Source: Myxococcales bacterium (lineage in GTDB: Bacteria > Myxococcota_A > Polyangia > Polyangiales > Polyangiaceae). Taken from it: 64,000 nucleotides of DNA. This document shows positions 10,024 through 19,268 of the stretch, piece after piece. Where the stretch lies: positions 1-64,000 of the forward strand of contig JAYTOU010000037.1 in the NCBI GenBank assembly GCA_043747615.1, written 5' to 3'. The position numbers and the translations under genes were made by a program. Below the pieces are notes generated by a model. It had not been told where the DNA came from and made no database searches. It worked only from the letters and a program-made list of their open reading frames with translations. The stretch's first letter is position 1. Each line of letters begins with the position of its first letter.

Positions 10024-10553
10024 CAGCCCACCTCGACGCGGTCAGCGATGCCGATTCGGAATTTGTGGAAGTCCACGTGCACGTAGCCGTCTTCGAGCTT
10101 CGTGGCGAGAGGGTCCATGTCGCGCGGCGAGGGGCCGCTCACTTTTTTTCCGTCGGGGTCGAAAGCCGAGGTGTGACAGGGGCAGCCAAATCCGCTGGGG
10201 TCCGCGTTCACGGAGCAGCCGAGGTGCGGGCAGACGACGCTGAACGCAGTCACTTTGTCGCCGCGACGAATCAGCCATGCAGCGCCGAGGTCGACGTCGC
10301 GTGCGAGCGTCCACGCGTCCCTGAGGTCTGCAACGATGGCGACCTTGTTTGGCTCGCCTTCCTTGAGCGACTCGAGGCGGACGGTCTTGACCCAGTGGGC
10401 GCCCTGCGCGCTCGCCGCACGGAGAGGCGCGGAAATGAAGACTGCGGCGGGGGCGACGAGCGCACAGCCGAAGGCCGCGCCGCCGCCCAAGATGAGCCCC
10501 CGCAGGGCACCGCGCCTGGTCACGGAATCGCGCTTGTCGTCGTCGTTAGCCAC
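10023..10553 (-). CDS. Rieske 2Fe-2S subunit of quinol:cytochrome c oxidoreductase
   Basis: Tat-like TRRGALR plus TM helix. CPHLGC, CPCHTSAF, GPSPR. Stop overlaps the cytochrome b start. Confidence 0.95.
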   Translation of the reverse strand: MANDDDKRDSVTRRGALRGLILGGGAAFGCALVAPAAVFISAPLRAASAQGAHWVKTVRLESLKEGEPNKVAIVADLRDAWTLARDVDLGAAWLIRRGDKVTAFSVVCPHLGCSVNADPSGFGCPCHTSAFDPDGKKVSGPSPRDMDPLATKLEDGYVHVDFHKFRIGIADRVEVG

Positions 10554-10744
10554 GGTAAATCTTTCTCATCGACGCTGTGTTGAATGGCGATCTCGAGTGG
10601 TGGATCAACGAACCACTCGCGGGGATGGTGCGAAGCCTAACTACCATTGCTCCACTTGCCTGACAAAACGGAGGTCAACCGCCAGAGGAAAATTGCGATA
10701 ATCCGGAATGGACGGCACCATTGAGGACACAGGAGTGTTGCCCT

Positions 10745-12190
10745 ATGCGACTCATATCCGCGTTAGCTTTGAGCCTACTTGCCGCTGTTCCCGTGTCCTT
10801 GATGGGCGCTGGTGGCGTTGGTTGCGGTAGCGGAGGGGGATCCGAATTCGGCAACCAAAACCCGGGCGACGACGACGGCGGCGGGCTTGGCGACGGCCCC
10901 GTGTTCAACGGCGACGGTAACGGCGAAGCGGCAAAACCGTGCACCGGGCTCTGCCTGAAACAGGTGCAGTGCGCCGGCGGCAAAAAGACGACGATCAGCG
11001 GCACCGTGTGGGATCCGGGCGGCAACGTTAAGCTCTACAACGTCGTCGTTTACGTTCCGAACGCGCCGGTCGCGGCCATCACCAACGGCGCCACCTGCGA
11101 CAAGTGCGGATCCTCGCTCTCGGGCGATCCGCTCGTGGCGACGCTCACCGATGCAAACGGCCATTTCTCTCTCGAAAATGTGCCGGTGACCGACAACATG
11201 CCGGTCGTCATTCAAGTCGGAAAGTGGCGGCGCCAGATCGTCGTCCCTCACGTGGCGAGCTGCACGGACACGCCTCTTCCAGACAAGAACATGACGCGCC
11301 TTCCGAAGAACGCCGCGGAGGGAGACATCCCCCTCATCGCGCTCACCACCGGCGGTGCAGACACGCTCGAGTGTTTGCTCGGAAAGAACAAAATCGGTCT
11401 CGACGACAGCGTCTTCTCGGCGGCCGGCGGGCCGGGTCGCGTTCATCTCTACGCAGGCTCCGACGATAAGAATGGCAGCGCGGTGACGACGAAGTTCAAC
11501 GGAGCGACCGCCGGCGGCGCCAACTTCGCCTCCGCGACGCCGTTGTGGAGCGACGTCAACAACCTCAAAAAATATGACATCGTCCTTCTCTCCTGCGAGG
11601 GAGACCAGAATACGCAGACGAAGCCGCCACCGGCTCTCGACGCCATGAAGGCGTACACGGGGTCCGGCGGGCGCGTCTTCGCATCTCACTGGCACAACTA
11701 CTGGTTCATCGACCGTTTCAAGGCGACGGGTACGTGGAACGATCGGACCCCGAACCCAACGAACCCTTCGACCGGTACGATCGACGTCAGCTTTCCGAAA
11801 GGTGTCGCCCTCCGGGATTGGCTGGTCAATAACCCCACGGCCCCCACACCGAGCCCTGCGGGCAAGGTCAATATCACCGAGCCGCGTCACAACCTCGATG
11901 CCGTTACGGCCGGCACCGCGCAGCAGTGGATCACGATCCCCGACTCACCGACGGCGGTCGAGTACATGAGCTTCAATACGCCGCTTGCCGTGCCTGCCGA
12001 TCAGCAATGCGGCCGGATGGTGTACAGCGATCTTCACGTCGCCTCCTCAGACACTCACGGGCCCGACTACCCCGACGGTTGCACGAGCATGGGGCTCTCC
12101 GAGCAAGAGAAGGTCCTCGAGTTCATGCTCTTCGATCTCTCGGCATGCATCTCGAACGACAGCGTGGCTCCGCCCCCGCCCGTGAAGTAG
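10745..12190 (+). CDS. Secreted Cys-rich myxobacterial lipoprotein (carboxypeptidase-regulatory-like domain)
   Basis: Leader ending VGC, Gly/Asp linker, TISGTVWDP, QVGKWRRQ, YDIVLLSCEG, CGRMVYSDLHV, LEFMLFDLSAC. Confidence 0.8.
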   Translation: MRLISALALSLLAAVPVSLMGAGGVGCGSGGGSEFGNQNPGDDDGGGLGDGPVFNGDGNGEAAKPCTGLCLKQVQCAGGKKTTISGTVWDPGGNVKLYNVVVYVPNAPVAAITNGATCDKCGSSLSGDPLVATLTDANGHFSLENVPVTDNMPVVIQVGKWRRQIVVPHVASCTDTPLPDKNMTRLPKNAAEGDIPLIALTTGGADTLECLLGKNKIGLDDSVFSAAGGPGRVHLYAGSDDKNGSAVTTKFNGATAGGANFASATPLWSDVNNLKKYDIVLLSCEGDQNTQTKPPPALDAMKAYTGSGGRVFASHWHNYWFIDRFKATGTWNDRTPNPTNPSTGTIDVSFPKGVALRDWLVNNPTAPTPSPAGKVNITEPRHNLDAVTAGTAQQWITIPDSPTAVEYMSFNTPLAVPADQQCGRMVYSDLHVASSDTHGPDYPDGCTSMGLSEQEKVLEFMLFDLSACISNDSVAPPPPVK

Positions 12191-12289
12191 GTCCCCGCGT
12201 CGGCTTCGTACTCTTCGTCAAGGACCGACGCGATTTCGCAGGCGCGCCCTCGACGAAAGCGTCGAAAGCTGCGAAAAATACCTTCTTCG

Positions 12290-14272
12290 ATGCTCCGCCG
12301 CCTCTTCGCCATCGCCGCGTTTTTGATAGCTGTCCTTGGCGTGTCGCGCGCGAGTGCCGTGACATTCGATGCGCAGGGGGTGGCGCATTTCGATCCAAAA
12401 GCGGTCAAGGTCGAGGGCTTCGGAGCGACGGCGTTGCAACCCGGTCTCGTCATCCGCGAGGCCCCCGACGCGCTCGAGGGCGACACGTACGCCTTCGTCA
12501 CCGAAACCAACCAAGGCGTGCAATTTCCGATCGATCTGCCGACGACGGATCGCTCGTACCGCGCCCGTTTTTTCGTGCGCAAAGCCCGCGTCATCGCGGA
12601 CATGAGAGTACAAAACGCGGGCGCCGAAGGGATGCCGTCGTTCAGCGTGCGATTCTTTCCGACCGGTCGCGTGACGAGCGACGGATGGTACGAAGTGACG
12701 ACGGCCCTCTTCTCATTCGAAGGGAAACGCGGGGCGAGCCTGACCTTCACGGTGATTTCGAGCGGCGCGGACGTCGACGCCTTCGAGCTCACGACGGAAG
12801 GTGACTTCAAGGCGCCCGTCGCGTGTGAGCAGGCCTTCGACCCCGCGTGCGACAGGGGCGATTTCTGCGCGGCGGGCTGGTGCCGCAACGGAGCCGCGAA
12901 CGTCCCTCCCCTTCCGACGAATCAAGATCGAGACTTCGTCGTCAGCTACCTCGAGGAACGCTTCAAGATTTTCTTCGGCGGTCGCTATACGCGCGCGAAC
13001 AGGCTTCCCACGGCGATCGCCACGCTGGAGAGCCTCCGCTCGGCCGTCGACCCGTGGATCTTCTGGAACGGCTTCGTCACGTCTCTTCATCAGCTTCATG
13101 ATTGGCACAGCACCCTGAACGGTCCGGGGGGCGTGGCGGGGCGCGGAGCGTTTCCCATCTGTCTCGTAGAGGGAGACGCCGATCTTTCGCGCGCGCTTGC
13201 TCCGAGCGATCCGCGCTACGCCGACGTGATCGTTTCGCATGTCGGGCCCGATCAGAACTCCGGATTCAAGCCAGGGGATCGCATCGTAGCCATTGACGGA
13301 CAGCATCCGATTCCGTGGGCCGAGAGTCTCGACGCCGTCGACTGGGGGGCCTGGAAAGCCGACGACCCGAGCGTGCACGCGGAGGCTATGGAGCGGCTGC
13401 GGATTCTCATCCGGCGTTGGGCGAAGACGCTCACGATCATCCACTGCGATCCGGTCGCGCGTACCTGCTCGCCGCCTCAGGACATTCTCACCAGCAAGCT
13501 TCCGCGTCAGGAGCCTGCAATCTATCCGAGCTGCGATCATCGTCCGCATTACCACCTCAAGACGGGCGGTCCCGACGAAGTGACGCACCAAGTTCTCGAC
13601 GTGTACCACGGGCTTCTGCGAGACAGCCTCCCCGGAGAAAATCTCTACGGAATGATCTGGGACGACGTGTACCTCGATGGGTCGGGAACCAATCCGTACA
13701 CGGCGTCGATCGAAGAGTTTCGCGCCAACGCAAGCGGCCTCATTCTCGATCACCGAACCGGCAACGGAGGGACGGCGATCGCCGCCTCGTACCTCACGAG
13801 CCTCTTTCGCGCGCCTGCCCTGCTCGCCGCGAGCACCGGATACGATCAGACGCTCGGTCTACTCGACGCGCCGTTCTCGACGTCCGACGGCCTTCGCCTC
13901 TTTAGCGTGCACTCGGGGGGCGACGGATACACCGTGGGGTCGAAGGCCGCACGAACCACATTAAAAACAGCCCTTTTGCTCGCTCGGGACGGAAGCGCGA
14001 GCGACTGGTTTCCCTATGGGATGAGCGGCGCTCCGAGCGTGCGCATCTTCGGGCGGCGCAGCGCGGGCGCGTTCTCGTCTTACATCCAGTTCGACTACTT
14101 CGGCGATCTCAACTGGCGCGTCGCATCAGGTGATCTGATTCGCGCGGACGGCACAACGCACCTCGGCGAAGGGGTGCCGCCCGACGAAGATCTTCTCCCC
14201 AAGCAGTCGGATTTGCTCGTCGGCAGAGACACGGTTTACGAGCGGGCGCTCGCCTGGATTCGTACGCCATGA
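12290..14272 (+). CDS. Secreted S41-family peptidase with PDZ domain
   Basis: Signal peptide, LHDWHS, PDZ-like GFKPGDRIVAIDG, LILDHRTGNGG, DGSASDWF (Ser), IFGRRSAGA, GEGVPPD. Confidence 0.82.
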   Translation: MLRRLFAIAAFLIAVLGVSRASAVTFDAQGVAHFDPKAVKVEGFGATALQPGLVIREAPDALEGDTYAFVTETNQGVQFPIDLPTTDRSYRARFFVRKARVIADMRVQNAGAEGMPSFSVRFFPTGRVTSDGWYEVTTALFSFEGKRGASLTFTVISSGADVDAFELTTEGDFKAPVACEQAFDPACDRGDFCAAGWCRNGAANVPPLPTNQDRDFVVSYLEERFKIFFGGRYTRANRLPTAIATLESLRSAVDPWIFWNGFVTSLHQLHDWHSTLNGPGGVAGRGAFPICLVEGDADLSRALAPSDPRYADVIVSHVGPDQNSGFKPGDRIVAIDGQHPIPWAESLDAVDWGAWKADDPSVHAEAMERLRILIRRWAKTLTIIHCDPVARTCSPPQDILTSKLPRQEPAIYPSCDHRPHYHLKTGGPDEVTHQVLDVYHGLLRDSLPGENLYGMIWDDVYLDGSGTNPYTASIEEFRANASGLILDHRTGNGGTAIAASYLTSLFRAPALLAASTGYDQTLGLLDAPFSTSDGLRLFSVHSGGDGYTVGSKAARTTLKTALLLARDGSASDWFPYGMSGAPSVRIFGRRSAGAFSSYIQFDYFGDLNWRVASGDLIRADGTTHLGEGVPPDEDLLPKQSDLLVGRDTVYERALAWIRTP

Positions 14273-15045
14273 CGACGCACTTCGTCTGTGTTGCTCTGCT
14301 CGGTGTCTTCGCGGTCGGCTGCGACAACCAAGGTGTGGTCGCGCAACCCGGCGGACGCGCGGCGGTCACTCCCCGCGCTGCGGACGCGGCGCTCGCCGTG
14401 AAGCGCACCGTCGAGCAGCGTAGCCCGTTCGGCAACACCAGCTACCCTGCCAATCTCCTGGCCGACGGGGATTTCGAGTTCACCGGGCGCAACGAGCAGA
14501 TGCCGTGGGTCGTCTTCGGCAACGCCGGGCAGCAGACGCTCAACTACAACACCGGCGGCCTCTGCCACTCCGGGATTCGCTGCGCACTGATCGCGCCGGG
14601 CGACGCGCTCGTCGGATACGTAGCCTCGCCAAAAAAGGCGACGATGGACGTCTCTCTGTGGGTCGCTCCTGTGAGCGATGGCCGCGGCGCATCGCTCGCA
14701 TGCAAGTTCGTGCAGGTGAGCATGACCGACCTCAGCAATCAGGGAAACCGCACGGACATTCACAGCGAGAGCGAAGATCCGATCGATGGCTGGTGCCACT
14801 TCACGGGCTCCACCCCGAACCTCGCGGGGCGGGCGCCCGTGATCTACGTGGACTTTGCGAGGGACGCAAAAGCGAGCGCACGCGTCGACGACGGCGTCGT
14901 GAAGCCGGGCGCAGGCGGCGAAACGGGTCGACTGCCCTTCGTACGAGACTTCTCGCCCGCGGAGTCAGCGCGCGTCGCCTTCATCGCCGAATACCTCCGC
15001 ACCCATCGCCGCTACGGAGTTGCGTCTCCTCATCTGGATTACTGA
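14269..15045 (+). CDS. Hypothetical lipoprotein (carbohydrate-binding-like jelly roll)
   Basis: Lipobox FAVGC, NLLADGDFE and RVDD motifs. Overlaps the upstream stop. Confidence 0.7.
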   Translation: MTTHFVCVALLGVFAVGCDNQGVVAQPGGRAAVTPRAADAALAVKRTVEQRSPFGNTSYPANLLADGDFEFTGRNEQMPWVVFGNAGQQTLNYNTGGLCHSGIRCALIAPGDALVGYVASPKKATMDVSLWVAPVSDGRGASLACKFVQVSMTDLSNQGNRTDIHSESEDPIDGWCHFTGSTPNLAGRAPVIYVDFARDAKASARVDDGVVKPGAGGETGRLPFVRDFSPAESARVAFIAEYLRTHRRYGVASPHLDY

Positions 15046-15048
15046 TCA

Positions 15049-16293
15049 GTGGTGTGGCGCACGGAGGACACCGCGCTCCTCGCACGCCTCGAGGACGAGG
15101 AAGTTCTCGAGCGCTTGTGGGAGTTCCACGTTGGCCCGGCGCATCCGCCTCCGCACCCGAGGGCCGCGGGAATGTTTCCGTTCGTGTGGTCGCTCGCGGG
15201 CGGAGAGGCAGCCAAACGCGCCTCGCTCAACATGCCCCCTGAGCTCGCTCCGCTCTCGACCCTCCTCGAGCCAGACGCGTTGAACGCATACCCGTCGGAG
15301 CTCGTGCATCATCTCGCGCTCTACTACGGGCGTGTCTCCGACGCGGTGGAGGATGACTCACCCGAGGAAGCAGCACGCGCGCGCGTACGCTCGGTAGCCG
15401 CGTGGCTGCACCTGTGGACGGACGGCGTCTACCTCGACACGCTCTCGAGAAATATTCTCGGCGGCTCCCTCGGGGAGGCAGAAGCCACGCGTGCGACGGG
15501 CGACGTTGCCTTCGACGTCATCGAAGATCTCGGCGAGACCGCGGTGGTCGGCGCGCGAACCCTCTCCAACGCGGCAAAGTCGATGCTGCGTGCCCTCGGC
15601 CGGGTAGGTGAGGCTTGCCGAATCGCCGGTGCCTCTGATCCGGTGAAAAAGAAGGCACTTCAGCGAGCGGAGCTCCGGCGCGCGGCTGCGATCGAGGCGG
15701 CCCTCGCTCCGATCAGTGAAGCGCTCGCCGACGCGTCGAACCGCGGCGTGCTCGCCCGTGAAGCAGAGAAACTCTTGCCGCAGGCGATGCTCGTGTGGAC
15801 ATGGACGGAGTACGACGAGGCCGTCGAGCATTTCGTGGTGGACCAGATCACGCCGATCGCGTGGGAGGTGTACCGTGATCTTGGGTGGGACGATCTCCGT
15901 CGCCTGCTCGCGCCCTACGACGCCCTCGTGGATACTCTCGCGACGCGCATCGTAAGCGATCCGTCGCGCATCGCGTACGCTGCCCCCTGCGCGCAGATGC
16001 TCCTCTGGCGCGCGGAGCTCGAGAGCACGTTGCCCCGGCAGATCGAAGCGGCCGAGCGGGTGCTCGCGCTTTGCCCCTCCCACCGCAACGGACGGGTGGT
16101 AATGGCCGGATTTCTCTGCGACGCCGCGTTGGAAGCGCTCGATGCGACGCGCAGCCTCGTGCCGCACCGGGAGCGCGCGATCGCCGAGGCCTACGTTGCG
16201 CGCGCCGAAAAACTCTGGCCGACGGCAAAAAAATTGAGCGTGGCTAAGGCACGCCTCGCAGAGGCGGAGCTCCGCAGCGGGGGAACCTCTTGA
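15049..16293 (+). CDS. Hypothetical helical/TPR-like protein
   Basis: 414-aa Ala/Leu/Glu-rich ORF with TPR-like C-terminus (AERVLALCPSHRN; ARAEKLWP). Coupled to neighbours. Confidence 0.75.
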   Translation: MVWRTEDTALLARLEDEEVLERLWEFHVGPAHPPPHPRAAGMFPFVWSLAGGEAAKRASLNMPPELAPLSTLLEPDALNAYPSELVHHLALYYGRVSDAVEDDSPEEAARARVRSVAAWLHLWTDGVYLDTLSRNILGGSLGEAEATRATGDVAFDVIEDLGETAVVGARTLSNAAKSMLRALGRVGEACRIAGASDPVKKKALQRAELRRAAAIEAALAPISEALADASNRGVLAREAEKLLPQAMLVWTWTEYDEAVEHFVVDQITPIAWEVYRDLGWDDLRRLLAPYDALVDTLATRIVSDPSRIAYAAPCAQMLLWRAELESTLPRQIEAAERVLALCPSHRNGRVVMAGFLCDAALEALDATRSLVPHRERAIAEAYVARAEKLWPTAKKLSVAKARLAEAELRSGGTS

Positions 16294-16694
16294 AAACCGA
16301 AAACCCCTTCGAGCGCTTCGGCCTGGATCCGCGGGAGGGCATCACGGGCATCACCGCGCGTCTTCGCGAGCTCGCGGAAGATGCGACGAACGAGTCGGAG
16401 CGGAGCGAAATCCGAGCGGTGTGGGAGGAGCTCACTCTTCATCCGGCGCGGCGACTTCGGGCGGCCGTGACGGCTCACCCTGAGACGCGTCCACGCCTCG
16501 GCTCGCCGCCTCCCCCGCTGGCGACCTCGACCGCGCGTCCCCTCACCCTCCGCGATCTCGCACTTCGACCGTCGGTCGCAGCGGCGCTGGGAACGCAGAC
16601 GGATACGCGTCGATCCCTCGGAAAAGTCAGCTCATCACTGCCTCTCGCCATGGATCCCCACCTACAAACGTCGAACGCGCCGGAGAAGCCCTAA
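16290..16694 (+). CDS. Degenerate J-domain-like protein (no HPD)
   Basis: NPFERFGL...ITARLRELA...EIRAVWEELTLHPARR follows the J-domain helix pattern. Directly upstream of an Hsp70. Confidence 0.65.
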   Translation: MKTENPFERFGLDPREGITGITARLRELAEDATNESERSEIRAVWEELTLHPARRLRAAVTAHPETRPRLGSPPPPLATSTARPLTLRDLALRPSVAAALGTQTDTRRSLGKVSSSLPLAMDPHLQTSNAPEKP

Positions 16695-19267
16695 TGTTCC
16701 TCGACCGACCCGTCGGTATCGATCTCGGCACCACCAACTCGGAGATCGCACTGCTTCACCCGTCCGAGCGCGACGTCGTGATTTACGCTGACCGCTTCGG
16801 GCGAAAGACGATCCCGTCTGCCGTTGCCTGGGACCCAAAGAGCGAGCAGTTCCTGGTCGGTTACCCGGCACGTGCCCGGCGCGGTCGCAGTCCCCATCCG
16901 ATCGAATCGATCAAACGAAAGATGGGGCAGTCAGTACGCATCGAGGTCGGGCCCGGTTCGCTCTCGCCGGAGGAGATCTCCGGAAAGATCCTTGTCGAGC
17001 TGCGGGATCGGATGCGCGAGCATCTCGCCTCGCAGGCAGCCGCTGGAGTAGAGCTCAGGGTGGTGCGCGCGGTGATCTCCGTGCCCGCTTACTTCGATGC
17101 GCCGCAGATCGAAGCGACGCGGCGCGCGGGGGAGATCGCGGGTCTCGATGTCATCGGCCTTCTACAAGAGCCGACTGCCGCGGCTATTTACCACGCCTGG
17201 AAAAACAGACTCAAAGACGGGAACTTCCTGATTTACGATCTCGGCGGAGGCACCTTCGACGTGTCCGTTCTTCGCTGCCTCGGCGGCGAGTACCAAGTGC
17301 TCGCCATCGACGGCGACAACTACCTCGGCGGCGACGATCTCGACCGGCGCTTCGCCGAGTGGCTGCGGCTCGATCTCGTGAAGCGCGGATACGCACTCGA
17401 CCTCGACGTACGAGGTGACGAGGAAGATCGCCACCGTTTCGAGCGCCTCGTGCACCTCGCGCAGGAGATCAAAGAGTCGCTGTCGACGTTGCCGGTGGTG
17501 CACGTGTCGAAGCAAGACGTGGTGCACGACAAGGCGGGCGAGGTCGTCGCGTACGAAGCCGAGATTGGCCTCGCGGACTACGAGAAAGCGATCAGTGATC
17601 TGGTGGAGACCACCATTGCCTGCTGCGAGCGAGCGCTCGCGCGGAGTCGGGAGGTCGCCTCCGTCGGTCTCGAGGAGATCGACCATGTGGTCCTGGTGGG
17701 AGGCTCGACGCGGGTCCCCCTCGTGATGCGTCGGGTGACGGAGGCGTTGTGTGCGAAGAGTCGTGCAAAAGAGCCGCTTCACGACGACGTCGATACGTGC
17801 GTCGCGCTGGGAGCCGCGGTGCATGCAGCTCAGATCGGTGGCCTGGTGGTAGGCGACGACGCCAAGAACGCGAAGGTGCACTTCTCGACGCCGCTGGTCG
17901 GCCACGGCGCCACGCTGCGCCTCGGCCTCCGTGTTCTCGCCGCACCCGAAGGGACGAAGGAGATCGTCTTTCGCGACCACGAACGGGAGCTCGGCAGGGC
18001 TCTCATCTCCGCCATTCCTTCCGAGGTCCTCAAGCTCGACGTTGCGCTCGGCGACGCGGAGGAGAACCCAGTGACCCTCGCGTTCGACGGTGGTCACGCG
18101 ACGGAGGTGGCCATGGCCGTGTACCGCGGAGACATGCGTCCTCGGGCGAGCGCGCTCAGCCGCGCATCGGTGGTCGCAAAGGACATCGCCATTGAGATCG
18201 TGCGCGGAGGGAGGCGCGAGCGGCGTATTCTCCTCGCGCGCGGGGCCGGGCTTCCGGCATCGACGCAGCACCGGTTTTTTACGGTGGATCAGAGCGGTGC
18301 GGTGCTCTTGCGCCTCCTCCAGAATCGCCTCCCGATCAAGACGCTCCTCCTCGAGGTTCCGAAAGACCTGCCGATCGGCACCCCGGTGGATCTCACGTTG
18401 CGATGCGACGAGACGATGCGGATGGAGGCGCGCGCGCTGGTCGCGGGGCAAGAGCTGTGGGCGCAGCTCGAGCCTCCGCCCATGCTCGCGCGCTTCGATC
18501 CGCGCGGCTCGGTGGAAGCGATCCTCGAAGAGGCAGATCAGGCCTCGCGTGGCCTATGGGGGAGCTATGGCACGGCGTTTCGGCGAGAGGCCGACGCGCT
18601 CATGGTGAGCATTCGCGAAGTGGCCTCGACCGATCCGGACAAGCTCGAGGCGCTGTGTCAGCGGCTGAGGCTTCTTCTCGATGAGTACCGCGGCGGACCG
18701 AACGACGGCATCGTCCCTCCGATGCATCGCTTCGAAGAGGCTCTCGACTCGCTGCGCCGTGTCGTCTACCGCGCCGGAGGGTCGCTCGTCGGAATGGATC
18801 GCTCGGAGTGGGACGCGCGCATCCTGGCGATCGAGGAGCGCGCACGCCGCGCCTTCGACGAGAACGACGGTGCCACCTGGCGCCGGGCGTTCAACGAGGT
18901 GCAAGCGCTCTACGAGACCGCCCATCAAGAAGAGTTCGCGTCGCTCCGCCTCGACGATCCCGCTTATTTGACGAGGCGCGCGCACACCATCACCGCCTGG
19001 GCAAATCGCCTCGAGCTCGCCCTCGCCGACTACGTACCCGCTGCGGCAGACGACGTGAGGGCTATGCAGCTCGAGGAGCAAGCGCGGATCTCCTCATGGC
19101 TCCGCGAGAAAGCGACGACACCGCTCGTGGGGCTAGGAACGGGAGAATCGGTGGACGCGACGGCGCTACGGCGGCAGCTCGATCAGATCGCGACCGAGCT
19201 CGAGCGTATCGAGTCGGCGATACAGCGCGTTGCGTCCCTTGGGCTCGTGACCGATCGCGGAGCATGA
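16694..19267 (+). CDS. Atypical Hsp70-family protein (857 aa)
   Basis: GIDLGTTNS, AVISVPAYF, EPTAAA, DLGGGTFDVS, GDNYLGGDDLD, LVGGSTRVP, VALGAA. Non-canonical C-terminal half. Confidence 0.95.
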   Translation: MFLDRPVGIDLGTTNSEIALLHPSERDVVIYADRFGRKTIPSAVAWDPKSEQFLVGYPARARRGRSPHPIESIKRKMGQSVRIEVGPGSLSPEEISGKILVELRDRMREHLASQAAAGVELRVVRAVISVPAYFDAPQIEATRRAGEIAGLDVIGLLQEPTAAAIYHAWKNRLKDGNFLIYDLGGGTFDVSVLRCLGGEYQVLAIDGDNYLGGDDLDRRFAEWLRLDLVKRGYALDLDVRGDEEDRHRFERLVHLAQEIKESLSTLPVVHVSKQDVVHDKAGEVVAYEAEIGLADYEKAISDLVETTIACCERALARSREVASVGLEEIDHVVLVGGSTRVPLVMRRVTEALCAKSRAKEPLHDDVDTCVALGAAVHAAQIGGLVVGDDAKNAKVHFSTPLVGHGATLRLGLRVLAAPEGTKEIVFRDHERELGRALISAIPSEVLKLDVALGDAEENPVTLAFDGGHATEVAMAVYRGDMRPRASALSRASVVAKDIAIEIVRGGRRERRILLARGAGLPASTQHRFFTVDQSGAVLLRLLQNRLPIKTLLLEVPKDLPIGTPVDLTLRCDETMRMEARALVAGQELWAQLEPPPMLARFDPRGSVEAILEEADQASRGLWGSYGTAFRREADALMVSIREVASTDPDKLEALCQRLRLLLDEYRGGPNDGIVPPMHRFEEALDSLRRVVYRAGGSLVGMDRSEWDARILAIEERARRAFDENDGATWRRAFNEVQALYETAHQEEFASLRLDDPAYLTRRAHTITAWANRLELALADYVPAAADDVRAMQLEEQARISSWLREKATTPLVGLGTGESVDATALRRQLDQIATELERIESAIQRVASLGLVTDRGA

Positions 19268-19268
19268 A

